64,000 bases of DNA from Mobula birostris (GCF_030028105.1 NC_092397.1:27743097-27807096); one strand, 5' to 3'; positions 49,903 to 63,998 are shown, counted from the first letter of the stretch. The notes: generated by a model not told the origin, from the sequence alone. Made by a program: numbers and translations.

Positions 49903-50374
49903 ACCCACCGCCTCACAGACGGAGCCGTATCCACAGACTTTTAATTATTTTTTATCGATACGTTCAGTTCAGTTGCATTTGAAACAGATTGATCGATTCT
50001 GCTTGAAACATACTGCAATTTTGCCTTTCCAGTCAGTGATTACCGCAAAACCTGCATTAGGATCGATTTTAATCCTCTATCAGTTTCGAACAGAAATCAG
50101 TTCACTCGTTTAGAGAACGATTCTGCAGTTGTGAATTTAAATCTTAACTGAGGAAATTAGATATTAAATTTATTAAACGAAACTGAATTTGTATAATTCG
50201 TCATACAATTAATTGTAAATAAAATGTAATCAAGCACCGTTGCTGGATGGTCTTCAATTGCCAGGCGATTTTAAATTAATCCGGCGCCAATCACTCTGCA
50301 TGAATGAAGTCCGACCGCTCGGCAAATTTTTATTTGTCGTAAATTTTTATTTGCCGCCAGCCTACAGGAAATGA

Positions 50375-50462
50375 ATCAACCAATCGCAGTAAGGAACCTT
50401 AATAGACACCTGGTTCAGCCAATCAGAGGTGATGGGCAGACCCTTTCCAAAAGTATAAAATC
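50375..50462 (+). promoter_or_regulatory. H3 promoter
   Basis: CCAAT at 50380-50384 and 50419-50423; TATAAAA at 50454-50460. Confidence 0.85.
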
Positions 50463-50524
50463 CTGTCCCGAAGCACGCTTCGTCTATCTTGTTCCTGTAT
50501 TTCAGCCCGTGTTGTCGGTTCTGA

Positions 50525-50941
<417 letters not shown>

Positions 50942-50970
50942 ACCCAGCCTCCACAACAAGCACAAGAAAA

Positions 50971-50986
50971 GGCTCTTTTAAGAGCC
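50971..50986 (+). terminator. Histone 3' stem-loop (H3)
   Basis: GGCTCT-TTTA-AGAGCC with downstream aaaggaaagggctg. Confidence 0.95.
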
Positions 50987-51795
50987 ACTACCACAGCAAA
51001 GGAAAGGGCTGTCGCTTGCTGATTATTGTAGTGACGATCTGCCTTCCTGATGGGGTTGTTCGGTTTCGCATTAACTGACCGCAATCATCAGCTGTTCTGT
51101 GCCGACAGGTTAATTCAGCAAGAGACAGGAGATGAACGCGCTCCCTCCCTGTCAGGGTCTCACCTGGCCCTTCACTTCTCCCACAAACCTGGCATGTACA
51201 GCTGCTGCGGCTGTTACCGTTTTGTTTGCTTTCGACATGCCCGGCTGTCCTTGGAGTGGGAGCATGCGGTCGCGATGGGTACAGTGGGAGATTTCCGAGA
51301 GCGGTAATTATATATTTTTGATTTTATTCTTGTAAATGTTGTGTAAATAAACTTTTGTAGCTGGTACCTGATTGAAGGTCAGTCGGCAAAGTCGCCGGGA
51401 AGGTTATCATATATCTTCCCCCTGCAGTCCATCCCCAGAGACAGATCCCTCTCTCAAGACGCCCCCTCCCCTCTCACATGGGTTTCAGCAGTTCCCAATC
51501 AACTCAGCTGAATCGGGCTTTGGGATGCGAGGTGCGGAATCTCAGTCACGCTGTCCTGGAGCGGGAGAAGGAACTGGGCCTGCAGACCACCCCACCGGTC
51601 TCACTCTCTCTCACACACACACAACCCGAGTGAAACGCAGTGTTTCACTTCAAATCTGGGACGTCAGGGCCGCTCTGAATGTCAGAGAGGTACCGGGAAA
51701 ATCGGGTTTTATGCGGTAAGTTCCCCCGCAAAACTCAGTCGGACCCACAGCGGGAATCACAATATTCACGATCAGCTCTTTTCTGAGATGTGGGT

Positions 51796-51811
51796 GGCTC
51801 TGAGAAGAGCC
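51796..51811 (-). terminator. Histone 3' stem-loop (H1)
   Basis: Minus strand GGCTCT-TCTC-AGAGCC ACCCA, followed by gaaaagagctg. Confidence 0.95.
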
Positions 51812-51847
51812 GTTGGGTTCAAACACTTACAAACGGTATACCTTAAT

Positions 51848-52498
51848 TCACTTTTTGACTGCTGTCTTCTTGGCCGCCTTCTTCTTCGGGGCTGCGAGTT
51901 TCTTGGGGCTCTTTGGCTTCGACGCCGCTGGTTTCTTAGCTGCCGCTTTTTTAGCCGCTGGTTTCTTAGCTGCCGTTTTTTTAGCCGCTGGTTTCTTAGC
52001 TGCCGCTTTTTTAGCCGCTGGTTTCTTAGCTGCCGCTTTTTTAGCCGCTGGTTTCTTCGCTGCCGCTTTCTTAGCCGCTGGGTTCTTGGCGCCAGACTTC
52101 TTGCTTGGAGATTTCTTGATGGCAGATTTCTTTACCGATGGTTTGTTCGCTTTCTTCACCGCTTTCACGGCACTTTTTCCTTGACCGGATTTAAAGGATC
52201 CCGAAAGACCCGCGCCCTTGGTCTGAACCAAGGAGCCGCTTTCCACTCTCTTCCTGATGCACATCCTGATCTGGGCGCGACGTTTCCCCACATCGACACC
52301 GCTGCTGGTCAGAGCCTTCATGATGGCCACAGCGGACATTCCCTTCCGATCGCGACAATCCGCCACAATCTTATCGATTTGTTCGCCCAGCTTGGGACCG
52401 GCTGGTTTGCTCCGGCCGGCCGCCTTCTTCTTGGGAGTCTTCTTTGCGGCGGCGGGTGCGGCTGGAGGAGCCGTTTCGGCGGGTGCTGTCTCGGTCAT
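51848..52498 (-). CDS. H1: Linker histone H1 with divergent globular domain
   Basis: MTETAPA N-terminus, winged-helix end GSLVQTKGAGLSGSFK, and a K/A/P-rich tail with ~5 x 30-bp KKPAAKKAAA repeats; stem-loop downstream. Confidence 0.96.
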   Translation of the reverse strand: MTETAPAETAPPAAPAAAKKTPKKKAAGRSKPAGPKLGEQIDKIVADCRDRKGMSAVAIMKALTSSGVDVGKRRAQIRMCIRKRVESGSLVQTKGAGLSGSFKSGQGKSAVKAVKKANKPSVKKSAIKKSPSKKSGAKNPAAKKAAAKKPAAKKAAAKKPAAKKAAAKKPAAKKTAAKKPAAKKAAAKKPAASKPKSPKKLAAPKKKAAKKTAVKK

Positions 52499-52569
52499 GT
52501 CGGCGACTCTGGAAAATGCTTCTCACAATCAGACTGAATGAGAACTGAAGCGAAAGGCGGCGGCCCAGA

Positions 52570-52650
52570 GCAATTTAAAGACAGCGAGCGGACGGGGCGG
52601 AGACATCCTGCTGTCAGCTCCCGGAGACTTCATTTTTCTGTGTTTCTCTC
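52570..52650 (-). promoter_or_regulatory. H1 promoter
   Basis: H1 box AAACACA (plus strand tgtgttt 52639-52645), GC box ~52594-52600, TTTAAA TATA-like 52574-52579. Confidence 0.7.
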
Positions 52651-53081
52651 TCCTCAAAAACTCTCCGATTCCAATTAAAATCGGACACTCCAGAGACCCA
52701 GACTGGTCCTTGTCCGTCACTGAGGCCGCAAAGTTCGCCGGAAAGAGAGTTTAATCGGGATTAAAGGCAGCACTTTCTAATTTAACCCGTTTGATTACTG
52801 CACTGCCCGCGATCTCTCTCCATTTTGTTGACCTGTTCTCTGCTTTTCGGCTGAAATTTTGAAACTAACTAAAACTTTGCGATTAATTCCCGCTTCGGGA
52901 CTGAGCTGGGGAGTGGGGCGATCCCATAACAGAGAAATCTTTTCTTTTTGTACAGGAGGCGCTGGGAAATCCGGCGATGTGTTCGGACCCACAAACACAG
53001 TGATACTCGTCTAATCGCCCGCCGCTTTAAAACACTCTCTCTGAATCAGCAAGTCAGGCAGCATCAATGGTGAGAATAAAC

Positions 53082-53117
53082 AGTGGACATTTCGGGCCGA
53101 GTCCCTTCATCAGGACT
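53082..53117 (-). ncRNA. Penelope-associated hammerhead motif, decayed
   Basis: Minus strand AGUC-CUGAUGA-A-GGGA(CUCG)GCCC-GAA-AUGU-C-CACU within a short fold-back element (~53045-53195). Confidence 0.5.
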
Positions 53118-53349
53118 CTGGTGGGAGATGCTGCCTGACTTGCTGGGTTCCTCCAGCATTTTGGCCGCGTTGTTCGCCATTCCCAGAATCTCTTGTCGTT
53201 ATGCTGACACAATGTTCACATCTGCACCTTCAGAGGCCTGTACTGCTGTCAGAACAAAACGACAGGTTCCTCGTCATATAACACGGTGATAAATCTGATT
53301 CTGATTCCAAGGAATAAAGGACAAAGGACATTGTCTGACCAAACTGACT

Positions 53350-56300
53350 ATGTAACTGAGAACCTCGGGTCCGGGAAATATACCTTGGAAATCTTTTCTA
53401 CACTTTCCCCAGTTTAACCACGTTTCCTATAATGGTGACAAGAGCTGTATACAAATCGGCAAGTGTGTCCTCCAGTCATTTACACAACTGTGACATAATG
53501 TCACAACTGATATACTCTATCCCCTGACTAATGAAGACCAGCATGTTAAACCCCGTTCTTCACCACCCTGTCTGCAAGTGACACAACTTTCAATGAACTG
53601 TGTTCACTTTACCCCTAAATCTCTCCGGCCCATTCCGGTCCCCAATGACCGATCTTTCATAGTGTAAGTTCTACACTGGTTTGACTTTCCAATATGCACC
53701 GCCTCACACTTATCTGTATTGAAATGCATTTGCCACACTTGACCCTCTTCCCTAAGTGATCATGAGCACCCTGTAATCCGCGACATCCTTCCAAGTTAAG
53801 TTGAGGGAAGTTTCTCCAACTCATTAATAAAACTTTTGTGCACTGGCATTGATCAGTGAAGGTCAGTGAAACCTTGTCCATTCTTGCCTCTTTTACTCTT
53901 CATATATCTGAAAATAAATCTTTTTGTATCTTGTTTCTATTATTGGCCAGTTACTTTCATAATTCATCTGAGTTCTGCATATTGTTATTATAGTTGTTCT
54001 GTTTTTTTGTTTTAAGTTTCCCATTCCTTTAGCTTCCCATTAATTTTGGTGATATTCTTTGCCCTCTCATGTTCTTTTATGCTGCCTTTGTCTTCTGTTG
54101 TTAGTGATGGTTGCCTCATCCTCCCTTTTAAATACTGTTTCTGCTGAGGGATGAACCGATCCTGTGTCTGCCAAATTTCTCCTGGAGACTGAAACTTTTC
54201 ATACAAGGTAATCTGGGAAAGTTGAAATGCCCAACTGCTGTAAACTTGTTCCCATTACCCCTCTGTGTGATTTACTAATATGTCTGCTGCACAATATCTG
54301 AGCCAATTGGGAGGCCGGCAGTATAATCCCATCAAAATCATCATTCATCATTTTATTTAAAACCTATACTTACAAGACCTCATCAAAACCCCTCTTATTA
54401 CTGAAGTGTTGGTCTCCTTATTCAAAGATGCAACATCCCCCACCCATAAGGTAGCTTTTAAATGTTTCCCCTTCATCTTAAACCATTACCCTGTAAATTT
54501 AGGCTTCCCTACCCTACAAAAAGAGTGCTCACCTACTGATTTTGTAAACCTCTGGACGGTCACCAGACAGCTCCTTACACTCTCAGGAGAGAGAAAGAGA
54601 GTCCCAGTCTGTCCAGCTTCTGCTGATAATTAAAGTCCACCAGTGTCAGTAACATTCTCATCAAACTTCCCTCCACACTTGCCAGCTTCATGACATCTTT
54701 CCTGCAACTGGATGACCAGAACTGTGCAAAATACAGTCTGGTCTCACTTTGACTTTTACAGCTGTCATACGGCATCCCAAATTCTCTACTGAGTTCCCTG
54801 ATCAATGAAGACAAATAGGCCAAACACCACCTTCACCATCCTGACTACCTGTGTTGTCTCTTTCAGTGAATGATGTTTCTGTATTTCATGGACCCTCTTC
54901 TGTAATACTCTCCAAGGGACAAGAATTTACTGTGCAGATCCTTCCCTGGTTGAACTTCTCATAATGCAACACCTCAAACTTGTCCACATCAATATCCTTC
55001 TGCCATTTTTTGGCCGTCTTCCCCAGTTAATCTCCATCCTATTGTACTCTCACACAATCTTCACAGTCCACACTACCACCAGCATTGCTGTCATCTGCAA
55101 ACTCACTGTCACCACAATGTCAGAAAATTGTTAATGTAGATGACAATTGACAGTACCAGCACCGATCCCTGTGACTGTCACTGGTCAGAGGCCTCCAACC
55201 TGAATAACAAGCTGCCATGACCACCCTCTGCCTCCTTCCATCAAGACAAGTATCTTGTCTGGCATCCCCTCTGCTCTAAATGTGTAATACAAAAGAAATA
55301 AAGATTAAATCAAAATATATCTACCTATGGCCTACATCTCTCAGAAGAGACAAAACCTGAACTCCCCACTCCAATTCTGGCCCACTCATACAATGACCGC
55401 TCTGGTTAAGTATAACTTTTTATTGGATCTTGCCACGTTCCGAATTATGGGCAATCAAACATTTCCTCGGGAACTGTGACATGCAAAATGTGCCAACTGC
55501 CCAGGTTCACTTCATCAAACTCCCTCTCCTTTTATATAATCTGATGACTGTGTGGAACTGTGGCACTCAAAACTGTGGACTGCAGGAAACCAGAGTACAT
55601 GCCTGCACTGTTCTACAAGGCCACAAATGATTAAAAAAACACTGTATAACAAACACTGGAATTCCCCAACTGAGATGAATGGGGAGTCTGGATAACTGAA
55701 AAGATTCAAAGAGAAGGAAGATAAATGTTTGTAAAATCAGGGAAGTGGGATTGACATACAAGGAAGGCTGATGGCAGATCAGACTTTATATGGAATTGTG
55801 GGTGAGGGACTAAGAGAGGACACACTGGAGGGTTCATCCAGTGGGACAATGTGGATAGAGCTCAGGATAAGAGAGGTGCATTCACTGATGGGGTTATACC
55901 ACAGGCCTCCCAAATGCCGGCAGGAGATAAAGGAACAGAAATGTAGCAGGTAATGAAAGATGTAAAAGCAACAGGGTAGTTGCAGTGGGTGACTAATTTC
56001 CCCAATGTTGACTGGGACTCCCTTAGAGTCAGGGGCTTAGATATCACCGAATATGTTAGAAGAATACTGGGATGTTACTTAACATAGAAGTGGATAGTCT
56101 AACCCGGGAAGGGAGACATAGAAACATAGAAAATAGGTGCAGGAGTAGGCCATTCGGCCCTTCGAGCCTGCACCGCCATTTATTATGATCATGGCTGATC
56201 ATCCAACTCAGAACCCCGCCCCAGTCTTCCCTCCATACCCCCTGACCCCCGTAGCCACAAGGGCCATATCCAACTCCCTCTTAAATATAGCCAGTGAACT

Positions 56301-59300
56301 GGCCTCAACTGTTTCCTGTGGCAGAGAATTCCACAGATTCACCACTCTCTGTGTGAAGAAGTTTTTCCTAATCTCGGTCCTAAAAGGCTTCCCCTCTATC
56401 CTCAAACTGAGGCCCCTCGTTCTGGACTTCCCCAACATCGGGAACAATCTTCCTGCATCTAGCCTGTCCAATCCCTTTAGGATCTTATACGTTTCAATCA
56501 GATCCCCCCTCAATCTTCTAAATTCCAACGAGTACAAGCCCAGTTCATCCAGTCTTTCTTCATATGAAAGTCCTGCCATCCCAGGAATCAATCTGGTGAA
56601 CCTTCTTTGTACTCCCTCTATGGCAAGGATGTCTTTCCTCAGATTAGGGGACCAAAACTGCACACAATACTCCAGGTGTGGTCTCACCAAGGCCTTGTAC
56701 AACTGCAGTAGTACCTCCCTGCTCCTGTACTCGAATCCTCTCGCTATAAATGTCATAGAAAACATTGTATTGAGAAATGAGCCTGGCCATTGATAGAAGT
56801 TTCATTTTGGGAACAGTAAATAAGGACAAGACTGGACCTGGTGGTAATATGGTCATTTGGGGTACAGTTAATTGCAACTGTCTACATTGAACATGTAAAT
56901 GATGTTTAAAAGCAATCGGGTCAGAATTCAGACAGAACTGTTTCTATGAGGAGGAAACACAAGGATGGTAAAGTCTGGCAGAGGGGCATAGTGAGAGATG
57001 TTATGAATTCAGACTGAAAGAAAATGAAGGATAAGGAATATTTCAGAAGTAGAAATTGGAGAAAGCCTCTGGCAACATGAAACAAGTAAGAGAAGTTAGA
57101 GAGAGAATCAGAAGTGTGAAACGGGAAGAAGAAATAACTTTGGTGAGAAGGGGCACTGCGAAGAGGGTACGACAACACAAGCACAGAGGAGAGAGTTTAT
57201 GTCTGAAGTGTGCGAAGGACTAAACCTGTACTTCTCATCAGTATTCATCAATGTGGTCATGGAGGATAGTGAGATCAGAGAAGGGAATGTTGATATTCCA
57301 GGGCATGTTGTTCCTCAGGCAATGGAGACAAATTACAGATTGGTGAGTCTTGGATCAATGTTCGGGAAATTATTCGAGAATATTATTAGAGATAGGATCT
57401 CTAATAAAAGTTTGGAGGGTAAAAGGAGGATATCATGATTCAGAAGGCAAAGTGAGCAAAATCCAAGAGATTCTCTTGGTATATTCATAGGAAAAGTTAA
57501 GTTAGACACAGAATCGTTCCCCTTGGAGGTGAACATGGCCATCTGTGTGTGGAGGCAAATGAAATAGGAGAGGCTATCCATGAATATTTCTGACAGTTAT
57601 TTCACCATTGCAAAAATTCTTTAAGGTTGTTAAATCTCCAGGGCTTTATCAGGTACATTCTCGTACTTTGTGGGAAGCTGGAGAATACACTGTGGAGGCC
57701 AGGGGAGAGATTATTTTGCTTCATCTCAGGCACCAGTTGAGGTTGCACATGATTGGACAGGGTGAGCAATGTGGAATTGATAGTTTTGAGGCCCAGACTG
57801 TGGATGATATGAAGAGGCAGGCTGTGTTGAGGAAGCAGGGAGTCTGCAGTAGCACTTGACAGATTTAGAGAATGGACAAGGAAGTGCCAGATGAAATACA
57901 GTGTAATGAAGTGTGTGGTCATGTACTCTGGTAGGAGGAATAACAGCCTAGGCTCTTTCTAATCAGGGAGAGAACAGAAATCAGTTGTGTGAAGGGTCTT
58001 AGTGCACGATTCCCTAAAGGTTAATGTACACATTGAGTTGGTAGTGAGGAAGGCAAATGTAATACTTGCATGCATTTCAAGAGAACTAGAAAATAAAAAC
58101 AAGGATCTAATGCTGAGGCTTTGGTCAGACCTTATTTGGAGTATCATGAGCAGGCTTGGGTAACTTTTCTAAGAAAGGATGTGCTGGCATTGCAGAGGCT
58201 GTAGTGGAAATTCATGAGAATGATCCCAGGACTGAAAGAGTTAGGATGTAATAATCATTTGATAATCTGGGCCTGCAGTCACTGGAGTCTAGAAGAATGA
58301 GGGAGAATCTTATAGAAACACATTGAATATTGAACGGCCTAGATAGCGTTGATGTGAGAGGATGTTTCCAATAATGGAGGAATCTAGAACCAAACCACAC
58401 CCTCAATAAAAGATGCCCCTCTAGAATAGAGATGAGTAATTTCTTTAGTCAGAAGGTGATGAATCAATGGATTTCATTTCCACAGGCAGCCATAAAGGCA
58501 GTCAGTGTTTTTTTTTAAAGCAGAGGTTAGTAGATTTTTAATTATTATTAAGGGTATCAAAGTTTATGGGTAGAAGGCAGGAGAATGGGGTTGAGATGGA
58601 TATATGATGGAATGGCAGAACAGACTGAATGGGCCAAAAGGCCTAATCCTGCTCCTGTGACTTCAGGACTGATGGTTTATGCGCTGCCATTGTTCAAAAA
58701 GGGTAGTGGAAACTACAGGCCCATCAGTCTGTAATTTGTTGGAAGAGTTTCTGATGAACAGGATCCACCAAAATTTGGTTTGATTCAAGACAGTCAGCAC
58801 AGTTTTGTGCAAGGAAAATTATGTCTGGTAATTTCTTGCAGCCCTTTGAGGGGTTTCACAAGGGCGTAGATGAGGTTAGGGCTGTGGATGTTGTTTATAT
58901 GGACATTAGCCAAGCCTTTGATTATAGTCTGGAAGGTTAGATCTAGAAACTGGAATCTGGGGAGATAGTTGATCGATTCCATAATTGCCTCCGTGACAGG
59001 AGGCAGAGGCTGATGGTTGAGGGTTGTGTCTCAGACTGGAGCTGTCTGTCTAGTGGTGTGCCACTGGGTGACAGGACCTTTGTTGTTTGTAATTTATATA
59101 AATAATGTCCATGTGAATGTGTAATTCACTGAAAGTGACGTCTCAGCTAGATACGGTGGTGAAGATGGGGTTTGATCTGCTGGCCTTCATCATTCATGTC
59201 ACTGAGTACAAGAGTTGAGAAGAAGTGTTGCAGATACACAAGTCTTCGGTGAGGACTGATTAAAGGAAACCATGCTGACTTTGGCCTATTTTTTCATGTG

Positions 59301-61700
59301 TTGCCAAGTACCCGAAAATACATCCTTGACAATTGACTCCATCATCCTCCCAACCACTGAGATCGGACTAGCTGGCCTATGATTTGCTTTCTTCTGCTTC
59401 TCTCTCTTTAAGAGTGGATGACCTTTGCAATTTTCCTGTTCTCTGGAACCACACCAGAATCCAGAGATTATGGAAAGATTATTAATAAAACTGCCACAAT
59501 CTCTTCAGCCACATCTTTCATAGAACTGGTGTAGATAATCTGGTCCAAGGGAATTTTCTACCTTCAGACCTTTCAGTTTCCCAAGGACCATCTCCCTAGT
59601 AAAGGCAAAATCACTCATTTCTGCCCCCTGTTTCTCTTGAATTTCCAGCAGACTGCTAATATCGTCCCCAGTGAAGACTGATGCACAATACTTATTCAGA
59701 TTGTCTGCCATTTTCCTGTACCCCATTACTACCTCTCCAGTAACATCTTCCAATGAACTAATATCTACTTTTGCCTCTCTTTTACACTTTGTATATCTGA
59801 AGAAACTTTTGGTATCCTCTTTAATACCAGTGGCTAGCTTACCTTTGTATTCCAACTTTTCCCTCTCTTCATGACTTTTTTTGTTGCTTTTTGTTGGTTT
59901 TAAAAGTTGTAAATACTCTGAGAGTCAGGGACATCTCGGAGCAGATACAGAACAGGGGGATGGTGTTCATTCAGCCAGAGATGGTGATTCACATCGGTAC
60001 CAATGGACAGGTAGAAAAGGGATGATGTCCCACAGAGAGTTAGGGAAGAAGTTATGGAGCAGAACCTGAAATGTTGTAATCTCCAGTTTACTCCTAGTGC
60101 CCTGTGGTGGTAGGGATACAAACAGAAAGTGAGAGCTAATGAATGTGTGGCTAAGGAGCTGATACAGGGACAGGGTTTCAGGATTACGGAACATTGGAAC
60201 CTCTTCTGGTGCTGGGGTGACATTTACAAGAGGGATGGTTTGCAGTTTCAGTGGAGGGCGGTCAGGATCATGAAGTTCATTGCTGCACCCTATGAGGGTT
60301 GAAACGAGATTGACAGGGGGATGTGAAACAGAACACTAGTCACTGAATGGAGAGATTGAAGCTAAGTTAGATGCCAGGCACAGCAATATGTAATGATGGA
60401 TTTTGAGTCAAATCCACATCTGACCTGGAGTTTGTTTAAAGACCAGTGCAGTGTTTCAGGGCCAGTTTGTTCCAGTAAGAGGGAGGGTCAAGAATGGCAA
60501 GGTTCAGGAACCTTGGATGATGAGACAGGAAGTTAATTTAATCGAGGAGGAGGAAGAAGCATAAGTAAGGCTTAGGAAGCTAGAATCAAACAGGGTGTTT
60601 GAGGACTATATTTAAAAAATAGGGGAACTCAAGAACATTTGGAGAGCTGGAAACAGTGATGAAAAATCTCTGGCAAGTGGGATTGAAGATAATCCCATTG
60701 TATTCCGTACATTCGTTGTGGTGAAAAGGATACCTAGGGCTGCACTTTGGGAGATCCAACATCAAGGGTGTGTACACAGTTAATGGCAGGAACATTAACA
60801 GTATTGACAAAGAGAAGGATGTCGAGGTTCAGAGACATCGGTTCCCTAAAACTGGGAGCACAGGTTGACAGGGAGGTGAAGTCGGTGTATGGCATGTTTA
60901 CCTTCATCAGGCAAGGCATTGAGTTCAAGCACCAGGACATGATGTTACAGGTTTATAAAATGCTGGTTAGGCCACATTGAGAGTATCGTGTTCAGTTCTG
61001 ATCACCTCAATATAGGAAGCATGTGGAGGGTTCGGAACAGGATGTCTGGAGGAGGTGTGCGCTGAGGAGAGGCTCGACATGCTGAAACTTTTTGCTTCTG
61101 GAGTGGCGTTGGCTCAGGAGAGATTTGATAGAAACCTGTGGAATTTTGTGGTCATAGTTGGTGTAGACAGCCAGTAATATTTTTCACAGAAGGCATGTAT
61201 TTAAGCTCAGAGGAAGAAAGTGAAGAAAACAGATTGATGGAGACATGGAATGCACTGTCAGGGGTGGTGGCAGAGACAGAGAGCACAGGAGTATTTAAGG
61301 AAATCTTAGACAGTCACAAGAATATGTAGAGAAGGGCCAAAGGGCCACTCCTGTACTGTCCTTTGTTCTCTGAACAGCAGATGGCCCCTGGGCATGGATC
61401 CGTGCAGGAGACTGGGATATTATATCCCCAACAGAAAAATGATTGTCGGAGGGGCAGGACCGGCAGCTCAGTTTCACAGTACAAATGCTACAGGTACGAT
61501 GGAGTGGAGGGGAGAGATGTGTTTGACCAGGGAGAACATCTCAGTGGTACTTAAAGAAGACATCCCTGGGGATTGCCGCATCATGTATACTGGGACCGCC
61601 GCACTGCAAAAGGGTTGGTGGCGCAGAATTTATTCTGTGTGTCCAGTTTTATCAATCAGTATTTAGAAGTTCCTACTAGAGACAGGACAGAACTGAACCT
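53350..61700. mobile_element. ~8 kb block of fragmented CR1 LINEs separating H1 from H2A
   Basis: Multiple APE/RT/ORF1 remnants on both strands, e.g. YHRPPK at ~55900, IKEDTKSFFRY at ~59800 and YKMLVRPH at ~60960. Confidence 0.8.
56117..56761 (-). mobile_element. Young 5'-truncated CR1 with uninterrupted ORF2 C-terminus and 8-bp TSD
   Basis: Open frame FIARGFEYRSREVLLQLYKALVRPHLEYCVQFWSP...YGGKTGAGF; CATAGAAA at 56117-56124 and 56754-56761. Confidence 0.92.
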
Positions 61701-61729
61701 CCTTGTCGATCCACCCACCCCCTCCCTTT

Positions 61730-61792
61730 TCTTCCTGGCACAAACAAAAGTCTGTATCAGAGCGACCCACCGCCTCACAGAGGGAGCCGCGT
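61730..61792 (+). pseudogene. Orphan H4 3' end (decayed stem-loop plus downstream element)
   Basis: gcacaaacaaaagtctgtatcagagcgacccaccgcctcacagagggagccg aligns with the H4 flank gcacgaaacaaaggctcttctaagagccacccaccgcctcacagacggagccg (~49875-49926). Confidence 0.8.
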
Positions 61793-62341
61793 CTCGGGAG
61801 ATCTGACCAAACTGACCCCGTCTTTGCAAATGTTCATTTATATTTCAGAGACCCAGGCGGACGAGATTTTCAGTAAATACTGTCAGTTCCATACGGTAAA
61901 TGTACTTTTGCAGATAAATGTAAAGCTGCAAATCAATATTGTTCTGTGAAGCGGTGGGAATTGCTCATGAAGCGATCAGTGGGACGGTCCAGGGTCAACC
62001 CGCAATGTGAAACCCAGACAACGCGGTTTCAGGTCATGAAGACCGGAATCGTTCAATGATCGGAGATTAAATTCACCCTCCGGGGGCTGACTCTGAAAGT
62101 TAATTTCCCCGCCCCACAAGGGGAGAGAGCTCCATTCAGCCAGCAGAGAGGGGAAATGAGGCAGGGTGTAGCGGACCGCGTACTCTGCAGACTTTTACCG
62201 ATTTAATTCGCGGAAGAAACACGACAGAAGGAGAGAAAACGTTACCAGGGATGCCTCCGATCGGGGCCGTGTCAGACACACAGCCGAGTTACTCCGAACG
62301 GTAATCACCCGCTGTTCAGCCCTTCCACAGACACTGTGAGT

Positions 62342-62357
62342 GGCTCTGAAAAGAGCC
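62342..62357 (-). terminator. Histone 3' stem-loop (H2A)
   Basis: Minus strand GGCTCT-TTTC-AGAGCC. Confidence 0.95.
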
Positions 62358-62387
62358 TTTGGGTAAATAGGTTCAGTTTACGTCGCT

Positions 62388-62950
<563 letters not shown>

Positions 62951-63576
62951 CCCGTAAAGGTAGAAGCGCGGAGTGTAACCATCTCCTCCCCAAAGTACAC
63001 TGAAAATTGAAAAAAGCCCGCCAAAAAAAACTCTTTGTTCAAATTTAATCTGAAATTAAATCATTGCTGATCTGTTTGAGGACTGGGTCTTCGTATTTCC
63101 CCCTGTTACTGAAACCGGGCACATTTAATGTAAGTGTAGTTGATAATGGAGTGTCTGGGAACTCAAATTTCTTTCAACTCGTAAAGGAACCGAGTAAAAC
63201 TGACACTCAGCTTCTGCCCGGTGCTGGTCATTGTGTAAACGTTAGCAGGTTATGGACAAACGGCTCTTCTCAAACTGTGACCAGCGGCTAGTCTGCAATT
63301 TTTTTAAAAAAACTGTTCTATGAAAGAACCGTGAAGTCGTTCCGGCCTCGAATTAAAATGAGATTCAGAGAAGTTACCTAACTCCAAATAATAAACTCCT
63401 GAACCCACAGCTAAAACAGCAACGGGAGTGGGAGGAATGTTAAACACCAGGATTATAGGGGGAAGATGAAGCGGATATTCCAACCGCTCTTTAGCTCCTG
63501 TAAAAGCCACCACACATAAAACGTGCGCCATGTATTGCCTAAATGCTAGTACAACTCTCTCAGTGAAATCGTGAGT

Positions 63577-63592
63577 GGCTCTTAAAAGAGCC
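63577..63592 (-). terminator. Histone 3' stem-loop (H2B)
   Basis: Minus strand GGCTCT-TTTA-AGAGCC, followed by gagagagttg. Confidence 0.95.
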
Positions 63593-63623
63593 GTTGTGTT
63601 TTCGATCATCTCACTGGGGAACT

Positions 63624-63998
63624 TTACTTGGAGCTGGTGTACTTGGTCACCGCCTTTGTCCCTTCGGAAACGGCGTGCTTGGCCAGCTCCCCGGGCAGCA
63701 GCAGGCGCACGGCGGTCTGGATCTCCCGTGAGGTGATGGTTGACCGCTTGTTGTAATGGGCCAGGCGTGAAGCCTCGCCCCCGATGCGCTCGAAGATGTC
63801 GTTGACGAATGAGTTCATGATGCTCATGGCCTTGGAGGAGATGCCAGTATCGGGGTGAACCTGCTTCATCACTTTGTAGATGTAGATGGAGTAACTCTCC
63901 TTCCTCAGCCTCTTGCGCTTCTTCCCTGCCTTACCGGCTGGTTTGGGCAGAGTTTTCTTGGCGCCCTTCTTCGGAGCGGGTTTCGCTGTCTCAGGCAT
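63624..63998 (-). CDS. H2B: Histone H2B (124 aa)
   Basis: [12 protein letters not shown]...[25 protein letters not shown]...AVTKYTSSK. Confidence 0.98.
   Translation of the reverse strand: MPETAKPAPKKGAKKTLPKPAGKAGKKRKRLRKESYSIYIYKVMKQVHPDTGISSKAMSIMNSFVNDIFERIGGEASRLAHYNKRSTITSREIQTAVRLLLPGELAKHAVSEGTKAVTKYTSSK

Noticed and set aside
51788-52541. Long hydrophobic plus-strand ORFs (AAGFLAAAFL repeats)
   Set aside because: They are antisense shadows of the H1 tail repeats.
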